A DNA stretch of 64,000 nt from Penicillus capitatus (lineage: Eukaryota > Plantae > Chlorophyta): the NCBI GenBank assembly GCA_965649825.1, contig OZ287695.1:1-64000 (forward strand), in the 5' to 3' direction. Made by a program: the position numbers and the translations under genes. Shown in pieces: positions 36,771 through 47,235 of the stretch (positions are counted from its first letter, which is position 1; each line of letters opens with the position of its first letter). The notes below the pieces were generated by a model. That model ran no database searches, had not been told where the DNA came from, and saw only the letters and a program-made list of their open reading frames with translations.

Positions 36771-37178
36771 TCAGTCTATGCCCGAGGTGAATCGTCGCAG
36801 CGCCGAGAAGATGGTCCAGCCCGAGGATGATGATTCTTCTGTGTTCGGTTCCCCCGCTCTCTTCTGAGAATCCGATGTCGTCGGATTCGATGACTCAACC
36901 ATATCTGTAGTCCGCACTCGCGGACAATCCTGTGCCAGGTGCCCCTTACATCGACAGCTGTAGCAGATCCGTCCGCGTCTCATGGCTCCTCCGCCATCGT
37001 CTGCCGCGTCGGCCGTCTTCTCTCTTCGCCGTCGCCGCGGATACCGCCCAACGTCGTGCAACACTCGTTTCATCTGTTGCAAAGTCTTTTCACTTCGTCG
37101 ATTCCCCTCTGGTTTCTTCGCCATCAACTCGGTTGTCGTCCTGACATCCCTTTGTAGCGTCTTCACCTCGTCGGCCAT
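36771..37178 (-). CDS. ORF-C of the LTR element: 135-aa basic protein with one CCHC zinc knuckle
   Basis: ATG-started intact ORF containing CYSCRCKGHLAQDC (CX2CX4HX4C). Confidence 0.7.
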   Translation of the reverse strand: MADEVKTLQRDVRTTTELMAKKPEGNRRSEKTLQQMKRVLHDVGRYPRRRRREKTADAADDGGGAMRRGRICYSCRCKGHLAQDCPRVRTTDMVESSNPTTSDSQKRAGEPNTEESSSSGWTIFSALRRFTSGID

Positions 37179-37260
37179 CCTTTTTTCCGTACGACACTTT
37201 CGTTCTGCCGCGTTTAAAAACCTTGCTGAACGACGGTATCCGCACGCACGTACGCGAACG

Positions 37261-38679
37261 ATGCAGCCCTCAGGCTCTCAGCCCGGAGGTCCTGACACCG
37301 CCCCCGACCCGGTGCGCACGGCGGTGGCGCAGGCCGCGAACACGGTCCGGTACCGGCGCGACCTGCGCCAGTCCCCCGAGGTACTCGAAGCCATGAGCAA
37401 GAAGGAGCTCATACTCGTCAACACTGCCCTCCAAGCTTGTCCCACACATATCGCTGCGTCCGTGGAACCAGCCACGCTCACCCTGAAGATCCGAGAATAC
37501 CTGGCGGCGCATGAAAAGAAAGACGAAGCCCAGCTAGTTTTAGTGAGAAGACTTGAGAACCTGTGCACCCAGCTTCTCCTGGCACCAGAAGCCCCAGACT
37601 TGCCCGTGGGGGAAGAATCAAACACGGTATCCCTCTGCCGCTCCAGAAAATCGGTGCCGCCGAGCACCTTCCTCAGAGCACTCTCTGATGACCTCCACTT
37701 GGCCTCCGCGAAGATGTCGTCTGTCTCGCCGGTCATACACGCAGAACTCCCGTATCTCGCTAGCAATTTTTCCCAGGCTCTCTCCTCGATGCAGGAGATA
37801 CAAACCTGCATGATGTTCTATCACAGCATCACGGATTGGACACCGACTGCTCTGCAACCCACGCCCCCTGCTCCTGCGAGTAGAGTCCCAGCAGCAACAG
37901 TATCCGAAAGTGCTATTCCTCAATCGTACCGGGATGCTGCCCGAAAAGCCCCGCCCACAAAGACACCGGCACAACTGCAATGGAACGCTCAGGCCAGAGA
38001 ACTAAGGAAGAAAACCCAAGAGCTCAAAGCTCAGATCAGATGTGATGAGCGCAGCTTCCAATTCTGTCCAGTGAAGCTGAAGGGAGAGCGCCCGTCGTTC
38101 CGTCAGCTCGGAATCAGCTTGGAGCGGAAGCTCAAGATTAGTAACTTTAAGGAACACGTGGAAGATATCCGAACAGACCATGGAGGCCGTTATTATGTAC
38201 AAATCCGCGCCGATCTGCGGGAGTCCTTCGAGAAATCGCTGGATCGCTGCCTGGAATGTGCAGGAGATACCTGGGATCTCGAGCTGCCGGATATCGGTAC
38301 GTTCACCGTGAACAACCCATACCTCTCGCTAACCAAAGACAAAGTCCCTGTGGTCATCAGCAATGTCGATCTGGACATAGACCCGGAAGCCGCAATCTCA
38401 GCCATATCCGAACAGAATGCTTCTCGCTGGCAGATCCCCGCGCCTCAACTTGCAGAAGAACACTTTGCAGCTCCGCACCGATTGAATCGCCGCAAACGTG
38501 ACTCTACCGGACAGCCCCTCCCGGAATGGACACCCAGTAGGAACTTGAAGGTCTTCGTGTCGAAGACTCTCCACGAGCAACTTAAGGACCACAAGACCGC
38601 GTTCGCCACGTTAGACTACATGGTATTACCCATCCGCTCGTTTGCACGGTTTCCCAACACCTCCCGAAGAGCTTCCTGA
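37261..38679 (+). CDS. ORF-B of the LTR element: 472-aa protein resembling non-LTR retrotransposon ORF1 but lacking the terminal zinc knuckles
   Basis: Intact ORF from ATG 37261. SYRDAARK, VVISNV...QN...HRLNRRK...SRNLKVFV...LDYMVLPIRSF recalls the pre-knuckle region of LINE ORF1 proteins (by eye). Confidence 0.6.
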   Translation: MQPSGSQPGGPDTAPDPVRTAVAQAANTVRYRRDLRQSPEVLEAMSKKELILVNTALQACPTHIAASVEPATLTLKIREYLAAHEKKDEAQLVLVRRLENLCTQLLLAPEAPDLPVGEESNTVSLCRSRKSVPPSTFLRALSDDLHLASAKMSSVSPVIHAELPYLASNFSQALSSMQEIQTCMMFYHSITDWTPTALQPTPPAPASRVPAATVSESAIPQSYRDAARKAPPTKTPAQLQWNAQARELRKKTQELKAQIRCDERSFQFCPVKLKGERPSFRQLGISLERKLKISNFKEHVEDIRTDHGGRYYVQIRADLRESFEKSLDRCLECAGDTWDLELPDIGTFTVNNPYLSLTKDKVPVVISNVDLDIDPEAAISAISEQNASRWQIPAPQLAEEHFAAPHRLNRRKRDSTGQPLPEWTPSRNLKVFVSKTLHEQLKDHKTAFATLDYMVLPIRSFARFPNTSRRAS

Positions 38680-38858
38680 CCCAATCTACCATAGCGGACT
38701 CACACTGAGCTCACTTCTCAATTGCACCTATTACTAACCTGCTTAGCCATTCCGATTCTCATTCGTCATCAGCATTAGCCTGCAACTGCCGTTTCTACTT
38801 TGCTCAGCACTATCCGTTCAAGCGTGGTCTATCCTGAAATTTAGTCCTACCTCCTTGG

Positions 38859-39713
38859 CTAGGAGGCTAAATATAGCCGCCTCATGTGCAAGGCTCGTTG
38901 GAACTGTTCCCGGCCAGACCACCCGCCCCGTAGTTGTCGGTCTGGTTTCGATGAGTGTTTTTGGGCGGTTTTTACACAAATGGCGAGACACACCCTTACA
39001 ACCAACCCATAGCTTGTACATGTCAGTCCAATATGCCTCTGGCGAATGGACTTTAAGCCTCGATTAACACACACCTCGTCGGCCAGTGACTGTAGACATG
39101 GCACCAAGTCAGGTGCCGAAATATACTTCTGTTTCTCCTCTGCGAAGGCGGATTCCGTCTCTTCAAGCCTCTGTTTCGTGGAGGAGGCTTCCTCGATAGC
39201 CTCGTTTGCATCCTGGTGCGCCTTGTTGATGTCTTGTTTTGCTTCGGAAATGTCCTTCTGCAGTTCTGCGTTGATGGCCGCAAGTCGCTCGATTTCTGCT
39301 GTCGCCTCGGCTACCTCGCGTCGTAAAAGCTCGACCGACAGTCCCCTTGCAATACCACTTGATTCGGAAGCCTGCAGCGTCGCTTGTAACTCTTCCTTCT
39401 CGTCTCGCAAATCTCGCTTTTCCCGAAGCCATTTCTCCTTTTCGTCTTGCAAGTCTCGCCGTTCTTTCAGCCGCGGACAAATATTCCTTAGAAACTCAAA
39501 CATGCAATCTTCGTCTACCAACAAGTAGGAAAAATCGTCGTTGTGATCATCTGGCTGTATCCAAACGCGAAAACCGTGAAGTCTGGGGCACAGCCCTTCG
39601 TCTTGACCAAAATACGCAAAGAGACTTTCCTCGTAACCGCGTATACCATAAACCCCGTGGCTGCCACCCTCGACGTGACCCTGCTCCCTTCTTCTTTGTC
39701 GTGCTCGACTCAT
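38859..39713 (-). CDS. ORF-A of the LTR element: 284-aa protein with a long coiled coil (Gag position)
   Basis: Intact ORF starting about 130 bp after the PBS; E/K/A-rich heptad region KERRDLQDEKE...AFAEEKQKY. Confidence 0.7.
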   Translation of the reverse strand: MSRARQRRREQGHVEGGSHGVYGIRGYEESLFAYFGQDEGLCPRLHGFRVWIQPDDHNDDFSYLLVDEDCMFEFLRNICPRLKERRDLQDEKEKWLREKRDLRDEKEELQATLQASESSGIARGLSVELLRREVAEATAEIERLAAINAELQKDISEAKQDINKAHQDANEAIEEASSTKQRLEETESAFAEEKQKYISAPDLVPCLQSLADEVCVNRGLKSIRQRHIGLTCTSYGLVVRVCLAICVKTAQKHSSKPDRQLRGGWSGREQFQRALHMRRLYLAS

Positions 39714-39841
39714 CCTTGACAATTCGCTTCTCGAAATTCCTTGTGCCTAGGTGTGCCTAGTCAGGACTCAACGGGCGCAAAGCACACAGCAAATGCGCAA
39801 CGTCACACAGACGGAGTTCAAACTGAGGAACGTTTAACAAC

Positions 39842-39853
39842 GCTCCGAAACCA
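39842..39853 (-). promoter_or_regulatory. Primer-binding site TGGTTTCGGAGC
   Basis: Directly follows the 5' LTR on the minus strand. Two mismatches to the canonical plant initiator-Met PBS TGGTATCAGAGC; identical to 59952-59963. Confidence 0.8.
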
Positions 39854-40086
39854 TGTTGTGGCGGGGCGGCCGCTCGAACGATCAATGCAGCGGAAGTCTT
39901 TACAGGCTCGGAGCAGAAGCATTTCAAAGTTCAGAATCGCACATTTATACCCGCAAATTGATGTGACTCACCGAGGCAGGTTCAAACACCACAGAAACAC
40001 GCCTCAGATGAGTCATCAGTGTCTCTCTGCGCGATGAACCCTTTCACCACAAGACAGAATGACATGACCCCTTGTCGAAGACAACA
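39854..40086 (-). repeat. 5' LTR (233 bp)
   Basis: Same sequence as 36468-36700. Confidence 0.97.
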
Positions 40087-42559
40087 GCGTTTCACACCGG
40101 AGATGCATCTGTTGCTCTATCGATACCATCACTACAGCCAGCGCTAGAATGCGTCGATCGACTGATACAGGAGCTCAATCAGAGCAGTCGAGCCATCAAG
40201 GAGGCATTCAAGTCTCACGTGGCTTTTCTGGAGAGACACCCAGGCGAGGCACAAGCACGAAGACTCATAGCACAGTTCTTCACAAACGTTCTTGAACGTA
40301 GACAACGTGATAGATGACAAGTAGATGGAGATAGGAATGCTTTCAATGTACCATCTTTCGTGCCGTTCTGGAATTGGTGCTTGTTCTCTGGCCACGAACG
40401 CGCAAGTGCTTCTCGTGCCGATTGCCGCGGTAACTGTCAATCGACTTCAATCGACCGATATTCGCTCGAACCTTACGCGTTAGCTGCTGACCTGTGAGGA
40501 TACCACTCTCTGCGATGGTCTTAATCAAAAGAGTGATTTTCGCTTCGCTCAGACGCATGAGTCGAATGTCAGGCTTATTCCGTGTTGATGACACAAACGA
40601 TCTGCCGTTTCGATTCTAATCCCTTTCACGCGCCAGTGCATCGCACACCATCTGCGTGCTCTTTACCCTTTGAGCTAAATTCATGGAATGCAACGTCATG
40701 AGAAAAAAGGTAAGCGTCGGAGATTCGATGGCGTCGAAATGCCCAGACAACGACGACAACGAGGATTGGGAGACGGAAATCGACGCCGGTCATCTCGCTC
40801 AGCTGTCATCCACACCGTCTCGCCGTCCTTTGGCGGCGTCGGTAGGCGATAGGCTCAACTGCACGTGAAGCTCCGAGTGCACCACGTCGACGACGCGACT
40901 AACAACTTCGACATGAGTCGCACCATTCACTGCAAAACGGCCCGCCAGAACAGTCGCCTCCGACTGAACAGGCTTGTCCGCGCAGCTCGCAGATGCTGTG
41001 GAACGACGTTCCATCCACGACTAGTGGTTTTTCTTGTCTTCATGCAATGTAGGTAACGCATGGGTCAGTCGCACCACCCAAATAAAGTTCTTTGCGTTGT
41101 TATGATCATTTGCTGTAGTTTCATACAGTCCCCGCTCTCACCCCTAACGTCTTGAATCCGTGCTTCCATTCGTTAGCGTGTTTTTCATGGCAGTGTCCTT
41201 CGAAATAGTCTCAGCAAGACGTCTTGAATCCGAGTCTTGATCATGAAATCTTCGAGCGGCGGGGCTGCCGACCTGGAGCAATCAGCCAGTTGCGGATACC
41301 AATCGTCTTCTCAAGCTGTGAGCCAGCTCCTATATGACGAGACGATGATCCATTCGATTCCGAGTGCGACCGCCTCGGCATTCGACTGAAGTCCAAGACC
41401 ATTACTGCCGCTGTCGACGACGTGCGCTTCTTTCCTGTGTTGTGAAATGGATTGGATCGAGCCCAATCAACGAACTGTTTGGGCATGAGCTCGATGGCTG
41501 TTCCATCGTTTGGACCTTTGAAGAGTTTTTTGTTGAAACAGTAAAGGAGAGTTGTTTCTTTGTCAATCGAGGAAGCAGGTGTGCCCATGAAACTCACCGA
41601 TCGGTGTTGCCATTTCCTGTTGATGCCGGCTGTCACGTCGTCCTCTGCCAGAGCGATTTCTGTTGCTTGAACGGCCACGTCAGTGTCGACTGCTTATAGC
41701 GCTGAGCTTTGCGATACCGCTGTCGACAGGACGTCGTGTCGGAATGGAGACGCCTGTTGTTGTCGCTACGCAGTCTGGTGATCACTTCCGATCGATTCCG
41801 GTGTCACGCTGTGGCGAGTTTCGCTTCCGCCGGGCCCTGCAATGGTCGATGGCATCTTCGCTCAGGGAAATCGTCAAGCAACGCGAGATAGGGATTCCGC
41901 TTCTGCCTGTAAACGCAGATTCGACAAGGTCGACGCAGTTACAGGGAAGAACGCCATCCTAGGCGCAAGTGCTTGTCGAACAGGTTTGTATTTTAGGCTC
42001 GCTATCATCAGGTAGATCTCTCATCTTGAGTCGAATCTTCGCGTTGCTGCGCAGACGCAGATTCGCATTTCGAGGAATGCAAAGGCTTCACCTATACAGA
42101 AACCAAAGATTGGACTTGGTCGCGTTTTGTAATGACGTTATGTGCAGATCTGTAGATACCTAGGTGATGGAGTGGGAACAGACAACACCAGGCGTCATGG
42201 CCAACTGCTTGATGAATTCCTTGCATCCTGAATTCCATATCTACCCACGTTAGTAAATGTAGAGTGAGATTGTCAGTGGCGCTTGTTGATCGTAACGCAT
42301 ACTGCATGCGTATTTGCAGCGGATGGAGAGTAAAGCATCCGGCGTCGCTTTGGCGCCACGAGAACGTCTGTGTCGCCGTCTTATGCGTTCCCTGGGCGGT
42401 CACCTCTCTTGAGAGTCTCGTCCCAGTTGCCGCCGGTCCTCTCTCGTCAACTCGCGGCACTTCCGAAAGGCCACGCATAGGCCATAAAAGACGGAGAGAA
42501 TGCACACTGCCGTTGACCTGCCGCTCGAAAGCAGAATTCAGTGCTCGTCGAGTAAGAAC

Positions 42560-42850
42560 ATTAGCTTTGGAGTTTTGTCCTCGAGACGATCCCGATTCCA
42601 AATACGTTACGGGTTCTTCCAACCGGTGGAGCTCATGTGGATGTCTCCACCATACGACGATGGAGAACAACACCCTTAATGGTTGCAGCAGCTAACGGAT
42701 ATGTCGGCGGCATTGAGGTGACTACAAACCCTGCATGTATGAGGTGTTTCAACGCATTGATCAACCGGTTATGCTGGAATAGAAAGCTAAGTCAATGTCG
42801 CTCACGATGCCTCACGCTACGGACAAATCGCGACTGCCAAGGCATACAGG
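42560..42850 (+). pseudogene. Ankyrin-repeat gene remnant
   Basis: Frameshifted GAHVDVS...TTPLMVAAANGYV and AHDASRYGQIATAK resemble two ankyrin repeats. Confidence 0.45.
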
Positions 42851-44317
42851 ATTCTCATCTCTTTTGTTGACAGACATTCCGGTTTCAGGTCCTTTTGGCT
42901 CACGGGGCTTCGAAGACAATGAAGAAGAGCGGAAAGAAGCCGTAGGAAGTCATCTGTGGCCGGACATCCTCCTGCACTGGAGAGATTCCGGCAGCTCTCG
43001 ACCACCCTGATTCCATTCCTTCCGTCATCTTTCCATTCGATTTCCAATTCCATTTGTGTCTGTTTGTCTAAACATTGAGACATCATTTCAATTAAGACGA
43101 CATGAGGTTGAGTATGAAGCCTGCATCCATCAAAAGACGCCTGCCTTGAGGCTCTTATCTGATCGATGTGTGCGGATCTCACCGGTAGGCTTGTCGTTTG
43201 AGTCACCGCTGCCAGACCTCGTCTGGCAGAACTCGCCATACGGCCCAGAATCTGAGGCTCTGACTGCAACGGCATCTTTCCTATACTGCTGCCGACTATT
43301 TCATCAACCAATAGCAGGATTTTCGAATCGCATTTGAGATTTCTCCGACGACAGGCCTTTGGATTCGAACATCCTTTCTGACACGTTCGGGACGACACTC
43401 GCGTTTCCTCTCTCACACAGACTACTTTCGAATGTTGTCAAGCAGCTCACGGTTTATAAAATGACGGTAGTCTCTTCATCTTGTCCTATGATTAGGTAAA
43501 CGTATGACGCCGCAGTTCGGAGCAGACAGCTATTTGCGACAAGAAGATCTAGAACAGATGTACAGAGAATCGAAATCTCACACGTGTGGGAATCTAGGAC
43601 CAGGGAATCGTCACTCGGTCCTCCGACGTTAATCACGTCCCTCTACTCCAGACGGAATCTTCCCTTCGATGGACGCACCGACGAACTCTACGATGACTTC
43701 AACCGAGTCTCTCCGTGCTCATGGAGTGACTCTAGTCTATATGCGCTGTGTCGCATGATATGTTTGGAGTGGTCTGCATCCAAAGCTCGACAGAGAAGAA
43801 AACAATGAGACGAGATTTCATGTCAGACGAGAGTTTCATGCGTCTAACGTGATTCGAACACATGCGCCGACTGTTCTCTTTGTGCGTCTCTCGCAGGTAG
43901 TGGATATGGAAGAGTGCAACGACGATAATCAGGTAAATACACGACTTGCGGCGCTTCGAGCCCATTCCATCAGTTGACAAGCCATGGCGGTAGTTGAGCT
44001 CTGCAGATATGTCCTCGCCTCGGCGCCAACAGGTTTCAAAGTGCCTTCGTATGAAACGACATTGATAGATTGCGGAGCGTGGGATCGAATTCGAAAACGA
44101 TTCCAGTCTTCGCCGTTCGGAATCACCGACAACCCGGTCCTACAGAGAAACAAACGTCTTCATCTGGCCGCGATACTTCCACTTATCAAGAGTCGGCCGT
44201 CTAAAAACTAACCTCAAGAGCTGGCAGCCGTGGAACGTTTTCGGCTCCGAAAGAAAGAGGTGCCTCGCAGTCACATCCGTGTAACCTGCGAAGAATTCGT
44301 GAGTGTAAAACAATAAA

Positions 44318-44390
44318 GTCCCCGTCGGGGTTCGAACCCAGATCCCTTTCACTCAGACGTGAGCGCGTTCCCGTTGCGCCGCGGGGGGAC
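44318..44390 (-). tRNA. Degenerate tRNA-like sequence (tRNA pseudogene or tRNA-derived SINE head); isotype not assignable
   Basis: Minus strand GTCCCC(CC)G...CGGGGAC acceptor stem with 2 extra C, box-A-like CGGCGCAACGG, perfect box B GGTTCGAACCC, 6-nt anticodon loop (TCAC-GTCTGA-GTGA), TTTT about 8 nt downstream. Confidence 0.6.
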
Positions 44391-47235
44391 AACTGTGAGG
44401 AAGCATCCCTCAAAGTAACACAAGCACTGCGCGACTTCGGACATCCGAAAATCGCGAAAGCGGACCGTTTGACGAACCATTGTCCGTCACCACAGTCGGC
44501 ACATCTTCCTTTCCGACAGGCTCCGAGTCCGCAATGACAGTTCGACGTTCAATTCCCAATGCAGGTATCCCAGTGTCGCTGGGCCCTTCATCCGGAGCCC
44601 GCGTTTGCATGCTTAGTTTCAATCTGCTCAATAAAACGGCGTCGCCTTTAGTTCGATGCAAGGGACAAAAGTAATTACCGGCGGCGTGCGCAGTTAGCAC
44701 TGAAGTCCGCAGCGGAGAAGATGAATCGAACGCCGTCGTTAGCGTCAGATTCAAGTGATAGCGACTGATTTGAAATCTCCCGTCAAAAGCAGAGGTCCCA
44801 GCCAACTTTTGTTAGTGTTTTCTAGATGGATACAGAACTTAGTACTTTATCAGTGCTCTCGTCTCTAATCACAAGAAAGTTCTGCGGCACGATATTTATG
44901 TCGACGTCGTCGTGGGTAACAGAAGTATGCTGCACTCGCGAGGTCACGATATTGAATTTGAGTTAGAACGCCAAAGAAGTAGTTTTACTGCATGAAACCT
45001 CCCGTAATCATCGAAATCAGTGCCAGAGATAGAGTTCAGCGTAGAATCTCAGTCAACACAAATCAAGAGTATGAAGAAGGGCTGCGTCGAAACCACAACC
45101 TAAAGATAAGATCATCAGTACTTGGACTTTGGTCATTGGGATATTTTAGTGTGTATTTACCCTGTATACATACCAATGCTGTCGCCAAAGAAAGCTTTCA
45201 TCAATATTAACTGAAAGCGAAGTATTCTGTCAAGAGGGCTTGATTTCCTCTAGAATGATGTTTCATCGTGACTCATTGAAACTGCTGTGTTCAAGACAGA
45301 ATCTAATCGGACAACATCCCGTGCCATGCCAGCTTCATGCTTGGACAGTCATTTGGCGTCACACTAGAGAGAACATAGCAACGTCACCATCAGACTTCAG
45401 CCGTGATGATGTTTGTCACTATAGCAGCCAACATCTCTTGTCAACCAGTACCCATGGCAGCATAAACCACCATCCAAAAATCCACCGGACACAACGAGAG
45501 ATCTGACGTCACAATACTTATACGGAATGATCTTTATCACCACGGATAGAACAGCGGAGTTTTCTTTGCAGGAGTATTCAGGTAGGTACGGATACACAGG
45601 AAATCAGGTTAGGTATTGGTCACATTCTACCCATCAGAATATGATACATAGCTGTACTCTCGATCGCATCCGCGTCACTCAACTCAGAGGCACACAGAAA
45701 TTGACGTCACCCCTTTAACCATGCTTCACAGCTCCCCCCATCTAGATGACGTCCTTATCACACTAGCTGCACTTCACTTAGTGGTACGTAAGTGAAGATT
45801 GCGAAGCACATGGTTCACACACAGACTCGTTCTTGATATCTGCAGGTGAGGTCTCGACTTCAAGTCCACTTTTTTTGTCTGAACATTCACACAGACTTCT
45901 CGGGTATATCTTCATTTAACCTTCGTATCGGATCATCGACTCCACAGGACAACATCCATACTGGTTTATCGCCAGACACGTTGTTCCCGCTCTTCTGCCA
46001 CCACAGACGATCCTGTCTATCCTTCTAGCCATTCCCATGGCCTTCACGTCTCTACCAACCGATGCCGCCTCAGCCATAACTTTAGAATCTATATATAGAT
46101 CACAAAAACGTTGTCCGACAACGTCAGACATATTTCAACGTGTTGCCAAGTCAAGGAACGGAACAATCGCCACGTACGTGTTTATACGTGTGATAAACGA
46201 AGGCAGACGGATGGCAGAACAGTCGGTTCGAGGAGAGACGACTTCGAAGGCGACAACATTAGAACTGCGCGAGTACGAACGTACACACATCGACAAAGTC
46301 GACTAACGGACTCCATTCACCAACGGCGTTCTGTGCTGTCCAGTCAAAAGCTCATCGGTTTTCGTTTCAAGAGGGGTGGGTCGTCACGAAACATATGTAT
46401 CGCTGCATCGCAATGAAGAAACGCTTCGTCGGCTGCTGACAACGGGAGACGAAGCCACAGACATATCCCTGTTGCTGAAGGAAGACGCACGGCCAAAGAT
46501 GTTATAAATGATGACAGGGGAAACGTAGTTAGTTGCAACGGATGGCTTAGGTAACAGCTGGTATTAAGAGCTCGGTGATCACTCTGACCATGAGTCTACG
46601 TCATCATACCCTGCAGAACACTATTCTTTAGCTTTCTGTAGTCGTCCAATCTGATACTCGGATTCCTTCAACTTAGGCTAGGAAAAGAGACTGTTTGATC
46701 ATCTTGATACGCTTGCTGTGCGGTCACGCAGATCCTTCTACTATCCAAACTTTATCAGCCAAAGATGGTTTCACCAGACATTTTTAATCCTTTGCCTACA
46801 AACATTTTCATCCTTCGCTACTCATACAAGAGAAGATTGCGATTGAGCACCGCTTCCGCACTGTGATTTGGTGCTGATGTGAGGAAATTATTTCTTTGTA
46901 CCGTAGTACATGTCCCTCATGTCGCTCAGTTCTTAAAGTCAATATCTCTTTCACGTCATTAGGCAGCAGTCCAAGATGTACATTTCTAACAGTTCACACT
47001 CTAGATTCCCATATCTCCTTAGCGTATCATGTTCATATGCATCCGGAGTATGTCAACATTCGATCGAACGCACACGGATTCTTAGAAACGCGTCTCTTTG
47101 GATTGTGGCTGCTATCGTTGCGCACAAGTCGACGACTATGTGACGTTTGAAGGATGAATGTAAAGGTGAGACCAAATACGTCGATCTTCTGGCCAAATTC
47201 ATCCGTTTTGTACGATCTGAAAAACCACCAGCGAG

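Larger units (their letters stand above)
36468..40086 (-). mobile_element. Non-autonomous LTR retroelement (3619 bp), pol-less, with three ORFs
   Basis: Two 233-bp LTRs that look identical (TGTTG...CAACA), TSD GCGT (36464-36467 and 40087-40090), PBS next to the right LTR, purine tract next to the left LTR. No RT, RNase H, integrase or protease motifs. Confidence 0.92.
34337..40317 (+). pseudogene. HAUS3: HAUS augmin-like complex subunit 3 pseudogene, split by the LTR element (34337-36467 plus 40091-40317)
   Basis: N-terminus FHALLTRIGY...EILPWIAENITDAHILDPELRHDY; central IRKQEFLHHVCRHLSRHR; C-terminus HVAFLERHPGEAQARRLIAQFFTN. Removing the element and one TSD copy restores the frame GIFRRA-FHTGD. 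Frameshifts upstream. Confidence 0.7.

Noticed and set aside
41241-41678. 145-aa minus-strand ORF with a PH-domain-like pattern (RKW...LLY...PNDGTAIEL)
   Set aside because: The similarity is too weak to call and no gene structure could be built.
45240-46880. Possible heavily decayed tandem EamA paralog (LLCSRQNLIG, SLPTDAASAITL, GFLQLRLGK)
   Set aside because: Only scattered weak peptide resemblance; needs TBLASTN with the neighbouring EamA protein.
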